Shown one piece after another: positions 10,309 to 19,967 of a stretch of 64,000 nucleotides of DNA. Positions within the stretch are counted from its first letter, which is position 1; each line of letters starts with the position of its first letter. The notes under the pieces are model-generated. The model saw only the letters and a list, made by a program, of their open reading frames with translations, was not told where the DNA came from and searched no databases. Where the stretch lies: assembly GCA_049642065.1 (NCBI GenBank), contig JBAROK010000081.1, positions 6,396-70,395 of the forward strand, in the 5' to 3' direction. A program made the translations under genes and the position numbers. The DNA is from Candidatus Omnitrophota bacterium (lineage in GTDB: Bacteria; Omnitrophota; Gorgyraeia; Tantalellales; Tantalellaceae).

Positions 10309-11532
10309 CTATTTTTCTACGCGCTCAACTCTGCTTGCTACTCTTCCTTTTGCGAACTGCGTCTCGATCACTTCGCCTTTTCCCAAGGCCTTTGTTCCTT
10401 TCAGTACTTTCCCCGCTTTGAACGTTATGCTATACCCTCTGTCTAATACGGCCAAGGGGCTTAAAGTATGCAATTTACCCGCTGCTACAGCAAATTCACC
10501 CTGTTTGATTTCCGCCAGATGCGTTATCCGTGAAGTAGCGTTCTTCATCATGTCATCAACTTGCTGCCCTAGCTGAAGGAACACATTCATCGGTGCGCGC
10601 AATACATAGCTTTCTCTCAGGTTAAGTGCCTCTTTCTTCAAAAAATCGATTTTCTTTTTTGCTGCAGAATACAACCTGCTTCGTGAAGCGCTTATCCTCT
10701 CGGAAAGATCTTCTTTTGTCGGTACCGCCAGTTCCGCTGCTGCCGAAGGCGTCGCAGCACGGCAATCCGCTACAAAATCAGAGATAGTATAATCAATTTC
10801 GTGACCGACGGCACTGATAATGGGTATCTCTGAAGCGAATATCGCGCGCGCAACCTCTTCTTCGTTGAATGCCCACAGGTCTTCAAGACTTCCCCCACCT
10901 CTACCGACTATTATTACGTCAATAGGATGCTCTTCTTCGCCCTGAAGTGACTTATTGAATTCGTTGAGCTCCTCTATGGCAAGGGCTATTTCGCTGGCGG
11001 CTCCTTCACCCTGCACCTTCACTGGCCTGATGGAAACTTCAACGTTCGCATACCGCCGTTTTGATACCTTTAGTATATCCCGTATCGCCGCGCCCGTAGG
11101 TGAAGTTACTACCCCAATACGTGCGGGCAGAAACGGTATCGGTTTTTTATGCTCTTCACTGAACAGACCTTCTTTTTGCAGCTTTTTCTTTAGCTGCTCG
11201 AATGCCATCTGGAGAGCCCCCTTCCCCCGGGGCTCCATCTTGTTAACGTAAAGCTGGTACTGCCCCCTTTTATCGTAAACGCTTATCCGTCCACGGCAAA
11301 GAACGCTCATCCCGTCTTCCACATCAAACTTGATCCTTACTCCACTACTTTTAAAGAGCACGCAGTTCAATAAGCTGCCTTCGTCTTTCAGGCTGAAATA
11401 CGCGTGTCCTGCCGATGAAAGCGTGTAATTTGAAACCTCACCTTCAACCCATACTTCATGGAAAGTGTCCTCAAGAACAAAGCGGACATCTTTCGTCAGT
11501 TCCGTGACAGTATAAACTCGCGATTCCGTCAT
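10309..11532 (-). CDS. xseA: Exodeoxyribonuclease VII large subunit
   Basis: 407 aa, N-terminal OB fold plus XseA catalytic region (GRGGGSLEDLWAFNEE). Confidence 0.9.
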   Translation of the reverse strand: MTESRVYTVTELTKDVRFVLEDTFHEVWVEGEVSNYTLSSAGHAYFSLKDEGSLLNCVLFKSSGVRIKFDVEDGMSVLCRGRISVYDKRGQYQLYVNKMEPRGKGALQMAFEQLKKKLQKEGLFSEEHKKPIPFLPARIGVVTSPTGAAIRDILKVSKRRYANVEVSIRPVKVQGEGAASEIALAIEELNEFNKSLQGEEEHPIDVIIVGRGGGSLEDLWAFNEEEVARAIFASEIPIISAVGHEIDYTISDFVADCRAATPSAAAELAVPTKEDLSERISASRSRLYSAAKKKIDFLKKEALNLRESYVLRAPMNVFLQLGQQVDDMMKNATSRITHLAEIKQGEFAVAAGKLHTLSPLAVLDRGYSITFKAGKVLKGTKALGKGEVIETQFAKGRVASRVERVEK

Positions 11533-11540
11533 TATAACCT

Positions 11541-12320
11541 TTAGGCGCTTTTCTGCACCCGTTCTATCCCGGTAGCTTTTCCTGTTTTTCCGTCTATATC
11601 TACAATGACGCCGTGTATTTCAACGCCTTCTGAGGCCAGCTCAAACCTTGTGGGAAGCTGCGTTATAAACCTTGTAAGTATCTGTTCCTTTTTGCGGCCT
11701 ATCACCGAATCGTACGGTCCGGTCATCCCGCAATCTGTTATATACGCGGTTCCGTTCGGGAGCACTTTCTCGTCCGCCGTCTGCACATGCGTATGAGTGC
11801 CGATAACGGCACTCACGGCGCCATCCAAGTACCATCCCATTGCGACTTTTTCGCTCGTAGCTTCAGCGTGCATATCGACTATTATCACCGGAGTCTCTTT
11901 GCGCACTTCTTCTATTTCTTCTCGTACCCTATCGAAGGGACAATCAACAGCATCCATGAATACTCTACCGATGATGTTGACGACGCCAATCTTGCCGACC
12001 CCTTCGATCTGGACGACCGTAGAACCCTTGCCGGGAACGCCTTTAGGATAATTAGCGGGGCGTATCAACCTGTCGGTCTTTTCAAGAAAGTCATATATAT
12101 CCCTTTTCTTCCAGACATGATCGCCAGAGGTTAGAACGTCTATTCCGTTACTAAACAGCTCTTCAGCTATCGCCGGGGTAAGTCCGCTACCACCAGCGGC
12201 GTTCTCGCCATTAGCTATCACGACATCTATACCCCGCTCTTTACGGAAATCCTTGAGAACATTTTTAATGATCTTTCTTCCCGGGCTTCCGACTATGTCG
12301 CCGATGAACAAAACTTTCAT
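11541..12320 (-). CDS. ymdB: YmdB-family metallophosphoesterase (2',3'-cyclic-nucleotide 2'-phosphodiesterase-like)
   Basis: 259 aa, MKVLFIGDIVG...GENAAGG...GDHVW family signature. Sits next to rny as in Bacillus. Confidence 0.8.
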   Translation of the reverse strand: MKVLFIGDIVGSPGRKIIKNVLKDFRKERGIDVVIANGENAAGGSGLTPAIAEELFSNGIDVLTSGDHVWKKRDIYDFLEKTDRLIRPANYPKGVPGKGSTVVQIEGVGKIGVVNIIGRVFMDAVDCPFDRVREEIEEVRKETPVIIVDMHAEATSEKVAMGWYLDGAVSAVIGTHTHVQTADEKVLPNGTAYITDCGMTGPYDSVIGRKKEQILTRFITQLPTRFELASEGVEIHGVIVDIDGKTGKATGIERVQKSA

Positions 12321-12343
12321 ATTTCTCCAATTCTTACGGTCTG

Positions 12344-13915
12344 TTATTTAGCGTACTCAATGGACCTGGTCTCCCTTATGACCACGACCTTTATCTGGCC
12401 GGGATACTGAAGCCCCGCTTCGATCTTTTTCTTTATCTCCTGAGCCATAACAGCGGTACTGGCATCGTCCACTTTTTCCGGCTGGACAATAATCCGGATC
12501 TCACGTCCCGCTTGTATCGCGTACGTTTTTTCTACCCCCTCAAACTCGTTGGCTATAGCCTCAAGGTTCTCCAGCCTCTTTATGTACGACTCAAGCGTCT
12601 CTCTTCTGGCGCCCGGTCGTCCCGCGCTTATAGCGTCCGCCGCCTGAGCGAGTACCGCAAGAAGTGTTTTAGGTTCGACGTCACCGTGATGGGCTTCGAT
12701 CGCGTGTACAACTATATCCGGCTCACCGTATTTTTTCGCGAGTTCGCCGCCTAGCTGAGCGTGAGTCCCTTCCATTTCGTGTGAGACCGCTTTACCGATA
12801 TCATGCAACGCCCCTATACGTTTCGCAAGGTTTATGTCCAGCCGCAACTCTCCGGCCATCGTCGCCATCAGGTACGCCGTTTCCTTGGAATGCTGGAGAA
12901 CGTTCTGTCCATAGCTGGTGCGGAACTTGAGTCTTCCGAGAAGCTTTACCAGTTCCGAATGAACTCCGTGTACACCCAAGTCAAGAAGCGTGTTCTCTCC
13001 CTCTTCTTTTATCGTGGCTTCCATTTCCTTTTTTACTTTCGCAACTACTTCTTCTATCCTGCCCGGATGGATCCTTCCGTCTTCTATAAGTCTTTCCAGA
13101 GAGATCCTGGCTATTTCCCGGCGAAGCCTGTCGAACCCGGATATAATGACCGCTTCGGGAGTGTCATCGATTATAACGTCTACTCCCGTTGCCATCTCAA
13201 GGGCACGGATGTTCCTGCCTTCTCTTCCTATTATCCTGCCCTTCATATCCTCTGACGGTAGATTCACAACGCTTACTGTCGTATCTACGGTATGGTCCAC
13301 GGCGCATTTTTGTATCGCAAGTCCGACTATTTTTCTCGCTTCTTTATCGGCCTTGTCTCTGGTTTCTTGCTGTATCTTCTTTATTTCATATGCCGCGTCT
13401 TGTCGCGCTTCGACGGTCATCTTGTTGATCAGAAGATTCTTGGCCTGGTCTTTGCTCATGCCAGAGATCTGTTGCAACCTTGTTTTCTCCTCTTGGACCA
13501 GCTTGTCCAGTTCGCCCCTTTTACGATCGATTTCGTCGTATTTGCTCCTCAGTTGTTCTTTTCTGTTTTTCAGGTCTTTGTCTTTCTGCTCCAAAAGCTC
13601 AACCTTCCGATCGATGTTCTCTTCTTTCTGCAGGAGCCTCTTTTCCATGGTTAAAAGCTCCCTGCGGCGCTCCTTGCTCTCTTCCTCGAACTCCGCTCTC
13701 ATCTTAAGAGAAAGGTCTTTAGCCTCGATTATCGATTCTCTCTTACGTCTTTCAGCTTCTACTTTTGAATTGTTGATTATCGTCTTGGCGTTATCCTCGG
13801 CGCGCTTAACTTTCATCTTTGCCGTATATTTCCGCAGGATGTACCCCATAAAAAAGAAAAATACGCCGCCAAGAATAGAAAACCCTAAATATGCCCACAT
13901 GTTGTTAATGCTCAT
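12344..13915 (-). CDS. rny: Ribonuclease Y
   Basis: 523 aa with N-terminal TM helix, long K/E-rich coiled coil, KH domain (IGREGRNIRALE) and HD domain. Confidence 0.9.
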   Translation of the reverse strand: MSINNMWAYLGFSILGGVFFFFMGYILRKYTAKMKVKRAEDNAKTIINNSKVEAERRKRESIIEAKDLSLKMRAEFEEESKERRRELLTMEKRLLQKEENIDRKVELLEQKDKDLKNRKEQLRSKYDEIDRKRGELDKLVQEEKTRLQQISGMSKDQAKNLLINKMTVEARQDAAYEIKKIQQETRDKADKEARKIVGLAIQKCAVDHTVDTTVSVVNLPSEDMKGRIIGREGRNIRALEMATGVDVIIDDTPEAVIISGFDRLRREIARISLERLIEDGRIHPGRIEEVVAKVKKEMEATIKEEGENTLLDLGVHGVHSELVKLLGRLKFRTSYGQNVLQHSKETAYLMATMAGELRLDINLAKRIGALHDIGKAVSHEMEGTHAQLGGELAKKYGEPDIVVHAIEAHHGDVEPKTLLAVLAQAADAISAGRPGARRETLESYIKRLENLEAIANEFEGVEKTYAIQAGREIRIIVQPEKVDDASTAVMAQEIKKKIEAGLQYPGQIKVVVIRETRSIEYAK

Positions 13916-13996
13916 TTCTGCCCTCCCTTTCTATTTAGTAAAGGGCGGTACGAATTGATCAGGATGGCCCTCTAAGGAGCCGGAACGAGCGGTATC

Positions 13997-14605
13997 TCAA
14001 CTAGACTGGTCAGTGACGACCTGGTCGACTGCCAGGTCATGATCGTCCGAGGGTAAGGAATCCAACACCTGAAATTGAAAAGCCAGGCCTACCTTTTTTG
14101 CCGAACATAGATCTTTGCTGGAGAGGAACCTGTCATAATAACCCTTTCCTCTTCCCAGTCTCATGTTCTTTCTGTCGTATGCTATTGCTGGTACCACGAC
14201 TAGATCTATCTCCTTCAAAGGTATCTCCCTGACCGGTCCGTCTTTCGGCTGGTGTATGCCGAAAGGGCCTTCTTCCAGGCTTTCTATTGCTACAAGCTCC
14301 GAAGCTATTATCTTTTGTTCATCCAGCGGTCCTATACAAGGAACCGCTACCCTCTTGCCGAGTTTCAATGCCTCTTCGATCAAATGGTCCGTACTTACTT
14401 CTGTAGGCAATGAAACATATGTCATGACCGTCTTGCTGACCTTAAACTCCTCGCTCGAAAGAAGCTTCTGTTGTATTATCTTGCTTCTTTCTTCCCTCAA
14501 AGAGGGATCCTGGTCTCGCAAACGCCCAATTATCTCCTTTCTAACTTCACTTTTTCGCTCTTTTATTTCAGATCTTTCGTTATTGCACATATTATTATAC
14601 ACCAA
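13997..14605 (-). CDS. 5-formyltetrahydrofolate cyclo-ligase
   Basis: 202 aa, MTHFS/YgfA family pattern. Confidence 0.7.
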   Translation of the reverse strand: MVYNNMCNNERSEIKERKSEVRKEIIGRLRDQDPSLREERSKIIQQKLLSSEEFKVSKTVMTYVSLPTEVSTDHLIEEALKLGKRVAVPCIGPLDEQKIIASELVAIESLEEGPFGIHQPKDGPVREIPLKEIDLVVVPAIAYDRKNMRLGRGKGYYDRFLSSKDLCSAKKVGLAFQFQVLDSLPSDDHDLAVDQVVTDQSS

Positions 14606-14638
14606 TATATTAAATACACCTAACTGCTTTTGTTTTCA

Positions 14639-15022
14639 TTAACTGCGGGGTTTTCCGCTCCCCCGGTAATCCTCAATGGCCTTTTTCAGGGCCTCTTCAG
14701 CAAGGACCGAACAGTGGACCTTGACCTGTGGCAGCCCCCCCAAAGCGTCAACAACCGCCTTATTTGACAGTTTTTCGGCTTCCTCTACCGTCTTGCCTTT
14801 TACCAGTTCGGTAAGCACGGAGCTGGTAGCTATAGCCGCGCCACATCCAAAAGTCTTGAACTTTGCATCGGTTATCACTTCATCCTCGTCTACCGCTATA
14901 TATAATTCCATTATATCCCCGCAGACCGGATTGCCCACTTTACCTTTTCCGCTGGGATCGGTTATCTGGCCTACGTTCCTGGGGTTTTTAAAATGTTCCA
15001 TTACAAGATCCGAATATTCCAC
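14639..15022 (-). CDS. nifU: Fe-S cluster assembly scaffold NifU/IscU-like
   Basis: 127 aa with conserved scaffold cysteines (NPVCGD, FGCGAAIATSS, HCS). Confidence 0.85.
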   Translation of the reverse strand: MEYSDLVMEHFKNPRNVGQITDPSGKGKVGNPVCGDIMELYIAVDEDEVITDAKFKTFGCGAAIATSSVLTELVKGKTVEEAEKLSNKAVVDALGGLPQVKVHCSVLAEEALKKAIEDYRGSGKPRS

Positions 15023-15034
15023 TTTCTCTCCTTT

Positions 15035-16201
15035 TTATGCGTCCTCGTACACAGGGCTCATCTTCCTGAGCCTTGTGATGATGGGTGGCAGTTTTTCCAT
15101 TACGTATTCCACGTCGCTTTCGGCACTCATGGCCCCGAACGAGAACCTTACCGATCCTTGCAGCGAAAGCGGTTCTACTCCCATGCTTTTAAGAACATGG
15201 GACGGCTCCAAGCTACCTGAAGTGCATGCCGAACCGGTCGATGTGGCTATTCCTTCCAGATCAAGGCTGAGTATTATCGATTCGCCTTCTAAAGATTTAA
15301 AGCTTACGTTCAAAGTGTTCGGCAGCCGTTCCGCAGGATGCCCGTTAAGCTTGATCTGTTTTATCTCTTTCTCTATCCGGTTATACAACATATCCCTGAG
15401 CTTTTTTGTTCTCTCGGAATATTCCGTTAATCTTTCCTTGGCGAGCTGGCAAGCCTTGCCAAAGCCAACAATAGCGGGAATGTTCTCCGTGCCGGCTCGC
15501 CGGCCTTTTTCCTGGTGCCCTCCGTGCTGGATAGGTTCTAGTCGCGTTCCTTTTTTTATATAAAGCGCACCCGCGCCTTTGGGCCCGTTTATTTTGTGGG
15601 CCGAAAGCGACACAAGTTGCGCTTTTACTTTTTGCACGTCAAAAGGCATCTTCCCTACCATCTGAACAGCATCGGTATGGAAAAGTATTCCTGTTTCTTC
15701 GGCTATTTTTCCTATTTCCTCTATCGGCATTAAGGTGCCGGTCTCGTTGTTCGCAGCCATTATTGTTATGAGTATGGTTTTGCTGGTTATACTGTTCTTT
15801 AGTTCGTCTAGGTTAATTACCCCGCATTCGTCTACTGCCAGGTAGGTCACCTGAAACCCTTCTTTTTCAAGGCTTTTACAGGTATTAAGCACTGCCGGGT
15901 GTTCCACCGAAGACGTTATTATATGGTTGCCCTTTTCTTTAAGAGCTTTTACCGCGCCTTTAATGGCAAAGTTGTCGGATTCGGTTCCCCCGGAAGTAAA
16001 AACGATTTCTTCAGCAGAACCTGCGTTTATTAAAGATGCAACCTGGATCCTGGCTGCTTCCAGGTATTTTTTCGCGTCCCGGCCGAAAGAATGGACGCTT
16101 GAAGCGTTACCGTACTGGTCAGAATACGTTTTCTGTATTGCTTCTGCAACTTCCGGGTATACTTTCGTGGTCGCGTTTGAATCAAGATAAACTTTTCTCA
16201 T
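15035..16201 (-). CDS. nifS: Cysteine desulfurase (NifS/IscS type)
   Basis: 388 aa, class-V aminotransferase, SAHKINGPKG PLP-lysine motif, active-site SGSAC. Confidence 0.9.
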   Translation of the reverse strand: MRKVYLDSNATTKVYPEVAEAIQKTYSDQYGNASSVHSFGRDAKKYLEAARIQVASLINAGSAEEIVFTSGGTESDNFAIKGAVKALKEKGNHIITSSVEHPAVLNTCKSLEKEGFQVTYLAVDECGVINLDELKNSITSKTILITIMAANNETGTLMPIEEIGKIAEETGILFHTDAVQMVGKMPFDVQKVKAQLVSLSAHKINGPKGAGALYIKKGTRLEPIQHGGHQEKGRRAGTENIPAIVGFGKACQLAKERLTEYSERTKKLRDMLYNRIEKEIKQIKLNGHPAERLPNTLNVSFKSLEGESIILSLDLEGIATSTGSACTSGSLEPSHVLKSMGVEPLSLQGSVRFSFGAMSAESDVEYVMEKLPPIITRLRKMSPVYEDA

Positions 16202-16656
16202 ACAATAATTGCCTTTTCCCGGTTTTCGGGATCGATCTGGAGCGTTCTTTTAGCAAGATCCTTTAAAGAAAAACTCTCTAAAGCATCTTTAATGTGCCTG
16301 GCTACTTCGTCCCAGACTTCCTTGGATGCACATTTTCCCGCCCTTTTGCATACAGTCATTTCTTTTTTGTCGGAGAAACACCTCGCGGGCGATACTCTCC
16401 CCTCAAGCGCCAGCACAACTTCATACACGCTTATCTGGCTGGGGTCTTTCGACAAAGAATATCCGCCTTTAGGCCCGCGGATGCTCCTGACGATACCCTG
16501 CTTCTTCAATCGACTAAAGATCTGTTCCAAATAAATGCTCGAGATCCCTTCCTTTCTTGATACGTACTTTATCGAGACGGGGTGACCATCATCGTACATT
16601 ATCGCAAGATTCACAAGGGCTCTCACGCCATAACTAGACCGTGTGGTTAGTTTCAT
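16198..16656 (-). CDS. iscR: Rrf2-family transcriptional regulator (IscR-like, 3 Cys)
   Basis: 152 aa, N-terminal wHTH of the Rrf2 family, three conserved Cys; context with nifS/nifU. Confidence 0.75.
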   Translation of the reverse strand: MKLTTRSSYGVRALVNLAIMYDDGHPVSIKYVSRKEGISSIYLEQIFSRLKKQGIVRSIRGPKGGYSLSKDPSQISVYEVVLALEGRVSPARCFSDKKEMTVCKRAGKCASKEVWDEVARHIKDALESFSLKDLAKRTLQIDPENREKAIIV

Positions 16657-16675
16657 TTACCTATGCCTTTATATG

Positions 16676-16894
16676 TTATGCGGTAACAACTTTTTCTACG
16701 CCTGGAACTTCCTGCTTGATCGTCTGCTCGACTACCGATTTGAGCGTCATCTGACTCATGGGACATCCAGCACATGCGCCTTGGAGTTTTACCGTCACTA
16801 CGCTGCCTTCAACTGAAACCAGTTCAATGTCCCCTCCGTCTCTCTGCAAGAGAGGTCTTATCTTTTCTATAGCCTGTTTTACCCTTTCTTCCAT
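16676..16894 (-). CDS. NifU C-terminal domain (Nfu-type) Fe-S carrier
   Basis: 72 aa, CAGCPMS (CxxC) Nfu motif. Confidence 0.8.
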   Translation of the reverse strand: MEERVKQAIEKIRPLLQRDGGDIELVSVEGSVVTVKLQGACAGCPMSQMTLKSVVEQTIKQEVPGVEKVVTA

Positions 16895-17016
16895 TTCTTC
16901 GCCTCCTGTTTAGCGCTTAAATTCATGAGCTCAGAGCTCTGATATTACTATACCCTACTAAAAAAGTCAACATTATTTCCAGGCGCTTCAGGCAACTTAA
17001 ATAATGGAATAGGATG

Positions 17017-17406
17017 CTATTCTATAGCTGTTACTGTAGGCGAAAATCTGGGGTCTCGTTTTAAGAAATAGCCCATGGCCATATACACGAGAATGGTGGC
17101 TGCAAGAGCCACAGTGAAACTGATGATCGGGGATTCTGTAAATAGATGTAATATTATTACTGTAGCCACGAAAACAGCAAGCGGTACGGCATATATCATC
17201 AGGTAGAGGCGCATCATTACTGAAGACTCTATATCGATCTTCACGCGTTGTCCGGCAGTAAGGCCTGTTGCGTTCTCGCCTGTTACCGTGACCTGCCTGG
17301 CTTTTGACGCTCCGCAAGAACAGCATTTTGTGCATTTCTCTGATGGCGTTATCTCGATTACCACCAGGTCTTTATCTGCGCGTATTACTTTCCCTTCTTC
17401 TTTCAT
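17017..17406 (-). CDS. RseC/MucC-family protein (N-terminal Cys cluster plus 2 TM helices)
   Basis: 129 aa. CTKCCSCG motif then two TM helices, same architecture as E. coli RseC. Confidence 0.55.
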   Translation of the reverse strand: MKEEGKVIRADKDLVVIEITPSEKCTKCCSCGASKARQVTVTGENATGLTAGQRVKIDIESSVMMRLYLMIYAVPLAVFVATVIILHLFTESPIISFTVALAATILVYMAMGYFLKRDPRFSPTVTAIE

Positions 17407-18401
17407 GCCACTCTTCCTCTGTCTATCTCAACTCTATCTATCGAACTTGCCGACAGGATGTTCTTTTGATCTTCATTCGCCCAGTATTCTACTTTCGTCC
17501 CATCTTCATTCTTGTGTTTGGAGTGGCTTAAGACAAGCGCGGCGGCTTTTTTAAGGTTCTCCGGGCAGGATTCTCCTTTCAAGAGCGCATATGGACCGTT
17601 TTTATCTTCAAGCCTGAGAACTACATCCTCTTTCGCCTTCAGTTCCAAAAGTTTATCGTTTTCTTTCTCGTCCCGCCCTACTATTATTTTCGTGATATCG
17701 TCCAGACGAAAATGCCTTCCGTATTTTAAAAGAGATACTTCTTCCATGGTGCCCATCCCGTGGCTTAAAAGATCTTTAAGCTTTCGCGCAAAGATCGGAT
17801 CGGTAAGCAGGCATCCTCCTGCCGGAGCAAAGAATTTTGTTATCCCGTATTTTTTCGCAAGAGCAAGTTGCGGCTCCCGGGATCGACCCCTTATGTCCAG
17901 AAGCTTTTCTCTTTCAACAATACCATCTTTTTCCGCTTGAGTCTCTCTCATTAACTTCGCGCAAAGAGGCCTTAATAGATACCCTTTTAAGGCAGAATGT
18001 TTCTCTATCGTGTTAAGCGCTTCTCGTCTCTGCGACATTGGCCGTTCACCAAGGACCTCTCCGGTTACCACAAAATGCGCGCCTTCTTCTTCCATAACCC
18101 GTTTAGCGTTCCTAAGCATCATTATCTTACAGTCTATGCACGGATTTATATTAGCCCCATAGCCATGCTTGGGTTTTTTTAGCATCTCCAGAAAGTCTTT
18201 TGATATGTCCTGGAACCTGATGGGCATTCCGGACTCGGCAGCAGCTTCCTGAACGTGGCCCTTGAACCCGGCAAGATTCCGGGAAGCGAACTGCATGACG
18301 AACGTAATGCCAAGCACTTCTATTCCCTGCTCCTGGATGACTCTTGCGGCTAACAGGCTGTCTAATCCGCCTGAAACTAAAGCTATTGCCTTCTTTTTCA
18401 T
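17403..18401 (-). CDS. PP-loop ATP-pyrophosphatase family protein (MnmA/ThiI-like putative tRNA sulfurtransferase)
   Basis: 332 aa. SGGLDS PP-loop at the N-terminus, NPCIDCK motif resembling the MnmA/ThiI catalytic Cys region, second Cys motif GGCLLTD. Overlaps the rseC-like gene by 4 nt. Confidence 0.5.
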   Translation of the reverse strand: MKKKAIALVSGGLDSLLAARVIQEQGIEVLGITFVMQFASRNLAGFKGHVQEAAAESGMPIRFQDISKDFLEMLKKPKHGYGANINPCIDCKIMMLRNAKRVMEEEGAHFVVTGEVLGERPMSQRREALNTIEKHSALKGYLLRPLCAKLMRETQAEKDGIVEREKLLDIRGRSREPQLALAKKYGITKFFAPAGGCLLTDPIFARKLKDLLSHGMGTMEEVSLLKYGRHFRLDDITKIIVGRDEKENDKLLELKAKEDVVLRLEDKNGPYALLKGESCPENLKKAAALVLSHSKHKNEDGTKVEYWANEDQKNILSASSIDRVEIDRGRVA

Positions 18402-19741
18402 TTTTGTTTTTCTTCCTTAACGCTTTTTTTTAGCATTTCTAGCCATTGCTTGATCTTTTTCTCGTAACCCATCTCGGTAGGTATATAATATTTGTTTTTC
18501 TTTCTCATATATTCCTGCTCAACATGATGTCCCTCGTATGAATGAGCGTATTTGTATCCCTCTCCGCGCCCTAGCTCTTTCGCTCCGGAATAACTTGCGT
18601 CTTTCAAACGATCCGGCACTTCCTGCGTTCTTTCGTTCTCTACATCTTTTATCGCGCTGTCTATGCCCAAGTAAGAAGCGTTGCTTTTCGGGGCACAGGC
18701 AACGTACACGGTCCCTTGCGCCAGAGGTATCCGGGCTTCGGGAAGCCCCACAAAATCCGCGACTTGCATTACGGCGTTTGCAAGTATTACCGCATGCGGA
18801 TCTGCATTGCCGACATCTTCGGAGGCACAAATAACAAGCCTGCGGGCAATGAACCTTGGGTCTTCTCCTGCTACTATCATTTTTGCGAGCCAGTAAAGCG
18901 CCGCGTCCGGATCTGAACCCCTCATGCTTTTTATGTATGCGCTAGCCACATCGTAATGCGCGTCCCCATCCCTGTCATAAACCACCGCTTTTTTCTGTAT
19001 GGATTCTTCCGCTTCGGTCATCCCTATCTTAATAGCCCCGCTTTTGGCTGGGTTTGTGGTCATTGCCGCTATTTCCAGCGCTCCCAGGGCTTTTCTGGCG
19101 TCACCATCAGAAAGTTTCGCAAGATGTTTCATGGCGTTTTCTTCGAGACGGATCTTTTCCTCGCCTAACCCTCTTTCCTTATCCTTAAGTGCGTTTTGGA
19201 TAACCTTCTCTATGTCTTCTTCTGCCAGCGGTTTGAACTCAAAGATCTGGCTTCTGGATAAAAGCGCGGAATTGACCGTAAAGAAGGGGTTTTCTGTGGT
19301 AGTACCTATAAGGATAATGTTCCCGTGTTCAACTTCTGGCAGGAGCACGTCCTGCTGGGCCTTGTTAAAACGGTGTATCTCGTCCAAAAGCAAGATCGTT
19401 TTCCTGTCGGTCAGTTTTTTCTGTTTTTTTGCGTAGTCAGTTATCTGGCGGATCTCTTTTACGTTACTGGAGACCGCGTTTTTGCGTACGAACTGTGCGC
19501 CAGTCTTGTTTGATATCACCATCGCTAGGGCAGTCTTCCCGATACCGGGCGGCCCGTAAAAAATGACAGATGTTAACCTGTCCGCTTCTATGGCCCTGCG
19601 CAGAAGTTTCCCTTCACCGACAATATGTTCCTGCCCGAAGAAATCATCGAATGTCTGCGGGCACATCCTGACAGCTAATGGCGCTTTTGTCGTTATTTGT
19701 TGTTCTTTTTCGAAGAGGTCCATTTTTTTGATTTGTATCAT
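18398..19741 (-). CDS. rarA: Replication-associated recombination protein A (AAA+ ATPase RarA/MgsA)
   Basis: 447 aa, Walker A GPPGIGKTALA, MgsA C-terminal domains. Confidence 0.85.
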   Translation of the reverse strand: MIQIKKMDLFEKEQQITTKAPLAVRMCPQTFDDFFGQEHIVGEGKLLRRAIEADRLTSVIFYGPPGIGKTALAMVISNKTGAQFVRKNAVSSNVKEIRQITDYAKKQKKLTDRKTILLLDEIHRFNKAQQDVLLPEVEHGNIILIGTTTENPFFTVNSALLSRSQIFEFKPLAEEDIEKVIQNALKDKERGLGEEKIRLEENAMKHLAKLSDGDARKALGALEIAAMTTNPAKSGAIKIGMTEAEESIQKKAVVYDRDGDAHYDVASAYIKSMRGSDPDAALYWLAKMIVAGEDPRFIARRLVICASEDVGNADPHAVILANAVMQVADFVGLPEARIPLAQGTVYVACAPKSNASYLGIDSAIKDVENERTQEVPDRLKDASYSGAKELGRGEGYKYAHSYEGHHVEQEYMRKKNKYYIPTEMGYEKKIKQWLEMLKKSVKEEKQK

Positions 19742-19746
19742 CTCCT

Positions 19747-19776
19747 GAAAAACAAGGGCCGGATATTATCCGGCCC
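19747..19776 (-). terminator. Rho-independent terminator (gggccggat-att-atccggccc plus U-tract)
   Basis: 9-bp GC-rich stem at 19756-19776 followed on the minus strand by UUGUUUUUU. Confidence 0.65.
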
Positions 19777-19932
19777 TATTACCATTAAGTCGTGAGCGGA
19801 GGAGATTTGTAGCCTGGTCATCCCAGGTGGGTGCCCTCTCGGCAATCCCTAAAGAAAACCGAAGTTAGACTCCCCTACTATAAGTGTTGGCTTAATCTCG
19901 CAATACCACTTCACGAGCTCAACAGATCTCTC
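19747..19932 (-). ncRNA. Candidate ~185-nt small RNA (6S-RNA-like) with its own promoter and terminator
   Basis: sigma70-like promoter on the minus strand (-35 TTGCGA, 17-nt spacer, -10 TATAAT). No ORF. 5' and 3' ends can form a long imperfect helix. Ends in a 9-bp GC hairpin plus U-tract immediately before the rarA ATG. Confidence 0.4.
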
Positions 19933-19938
19933 ACCTCT

Positions 19939-19967
19939 ATTATATCACTGCCTCAAATCTGTCGCAA
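19939..19967 (-). promoter_or_regulatory. sigma70-type promoter for the candidate ncRNA
   Basis: Minus strand TTGCGA-N17-TATAAT (plus-strand coordinates 19962-19967 and 19939-19944), starting 17 nt after the pheT stop. Confidence 0.55.

Noticed and set aside
12990-13958. 322-aa plus-strand ORF rich in Ser/Leu
   Set aside because: Fully antisense to rny (K/E-rich coiled-coil region); low-complexity mirror ORF with no RBS.
14676-15563. 295-aa plus-strand ORF
   Set aside because: Antisense to nifU/nifS, both of which have strong homology; spurious.
16939-16950. 12-bp palindrome TCAGAGCTCTGA between the rseC-like gene and nfu
   Set aside because: Short, single copy, no match to a known IscR site; could be chance.
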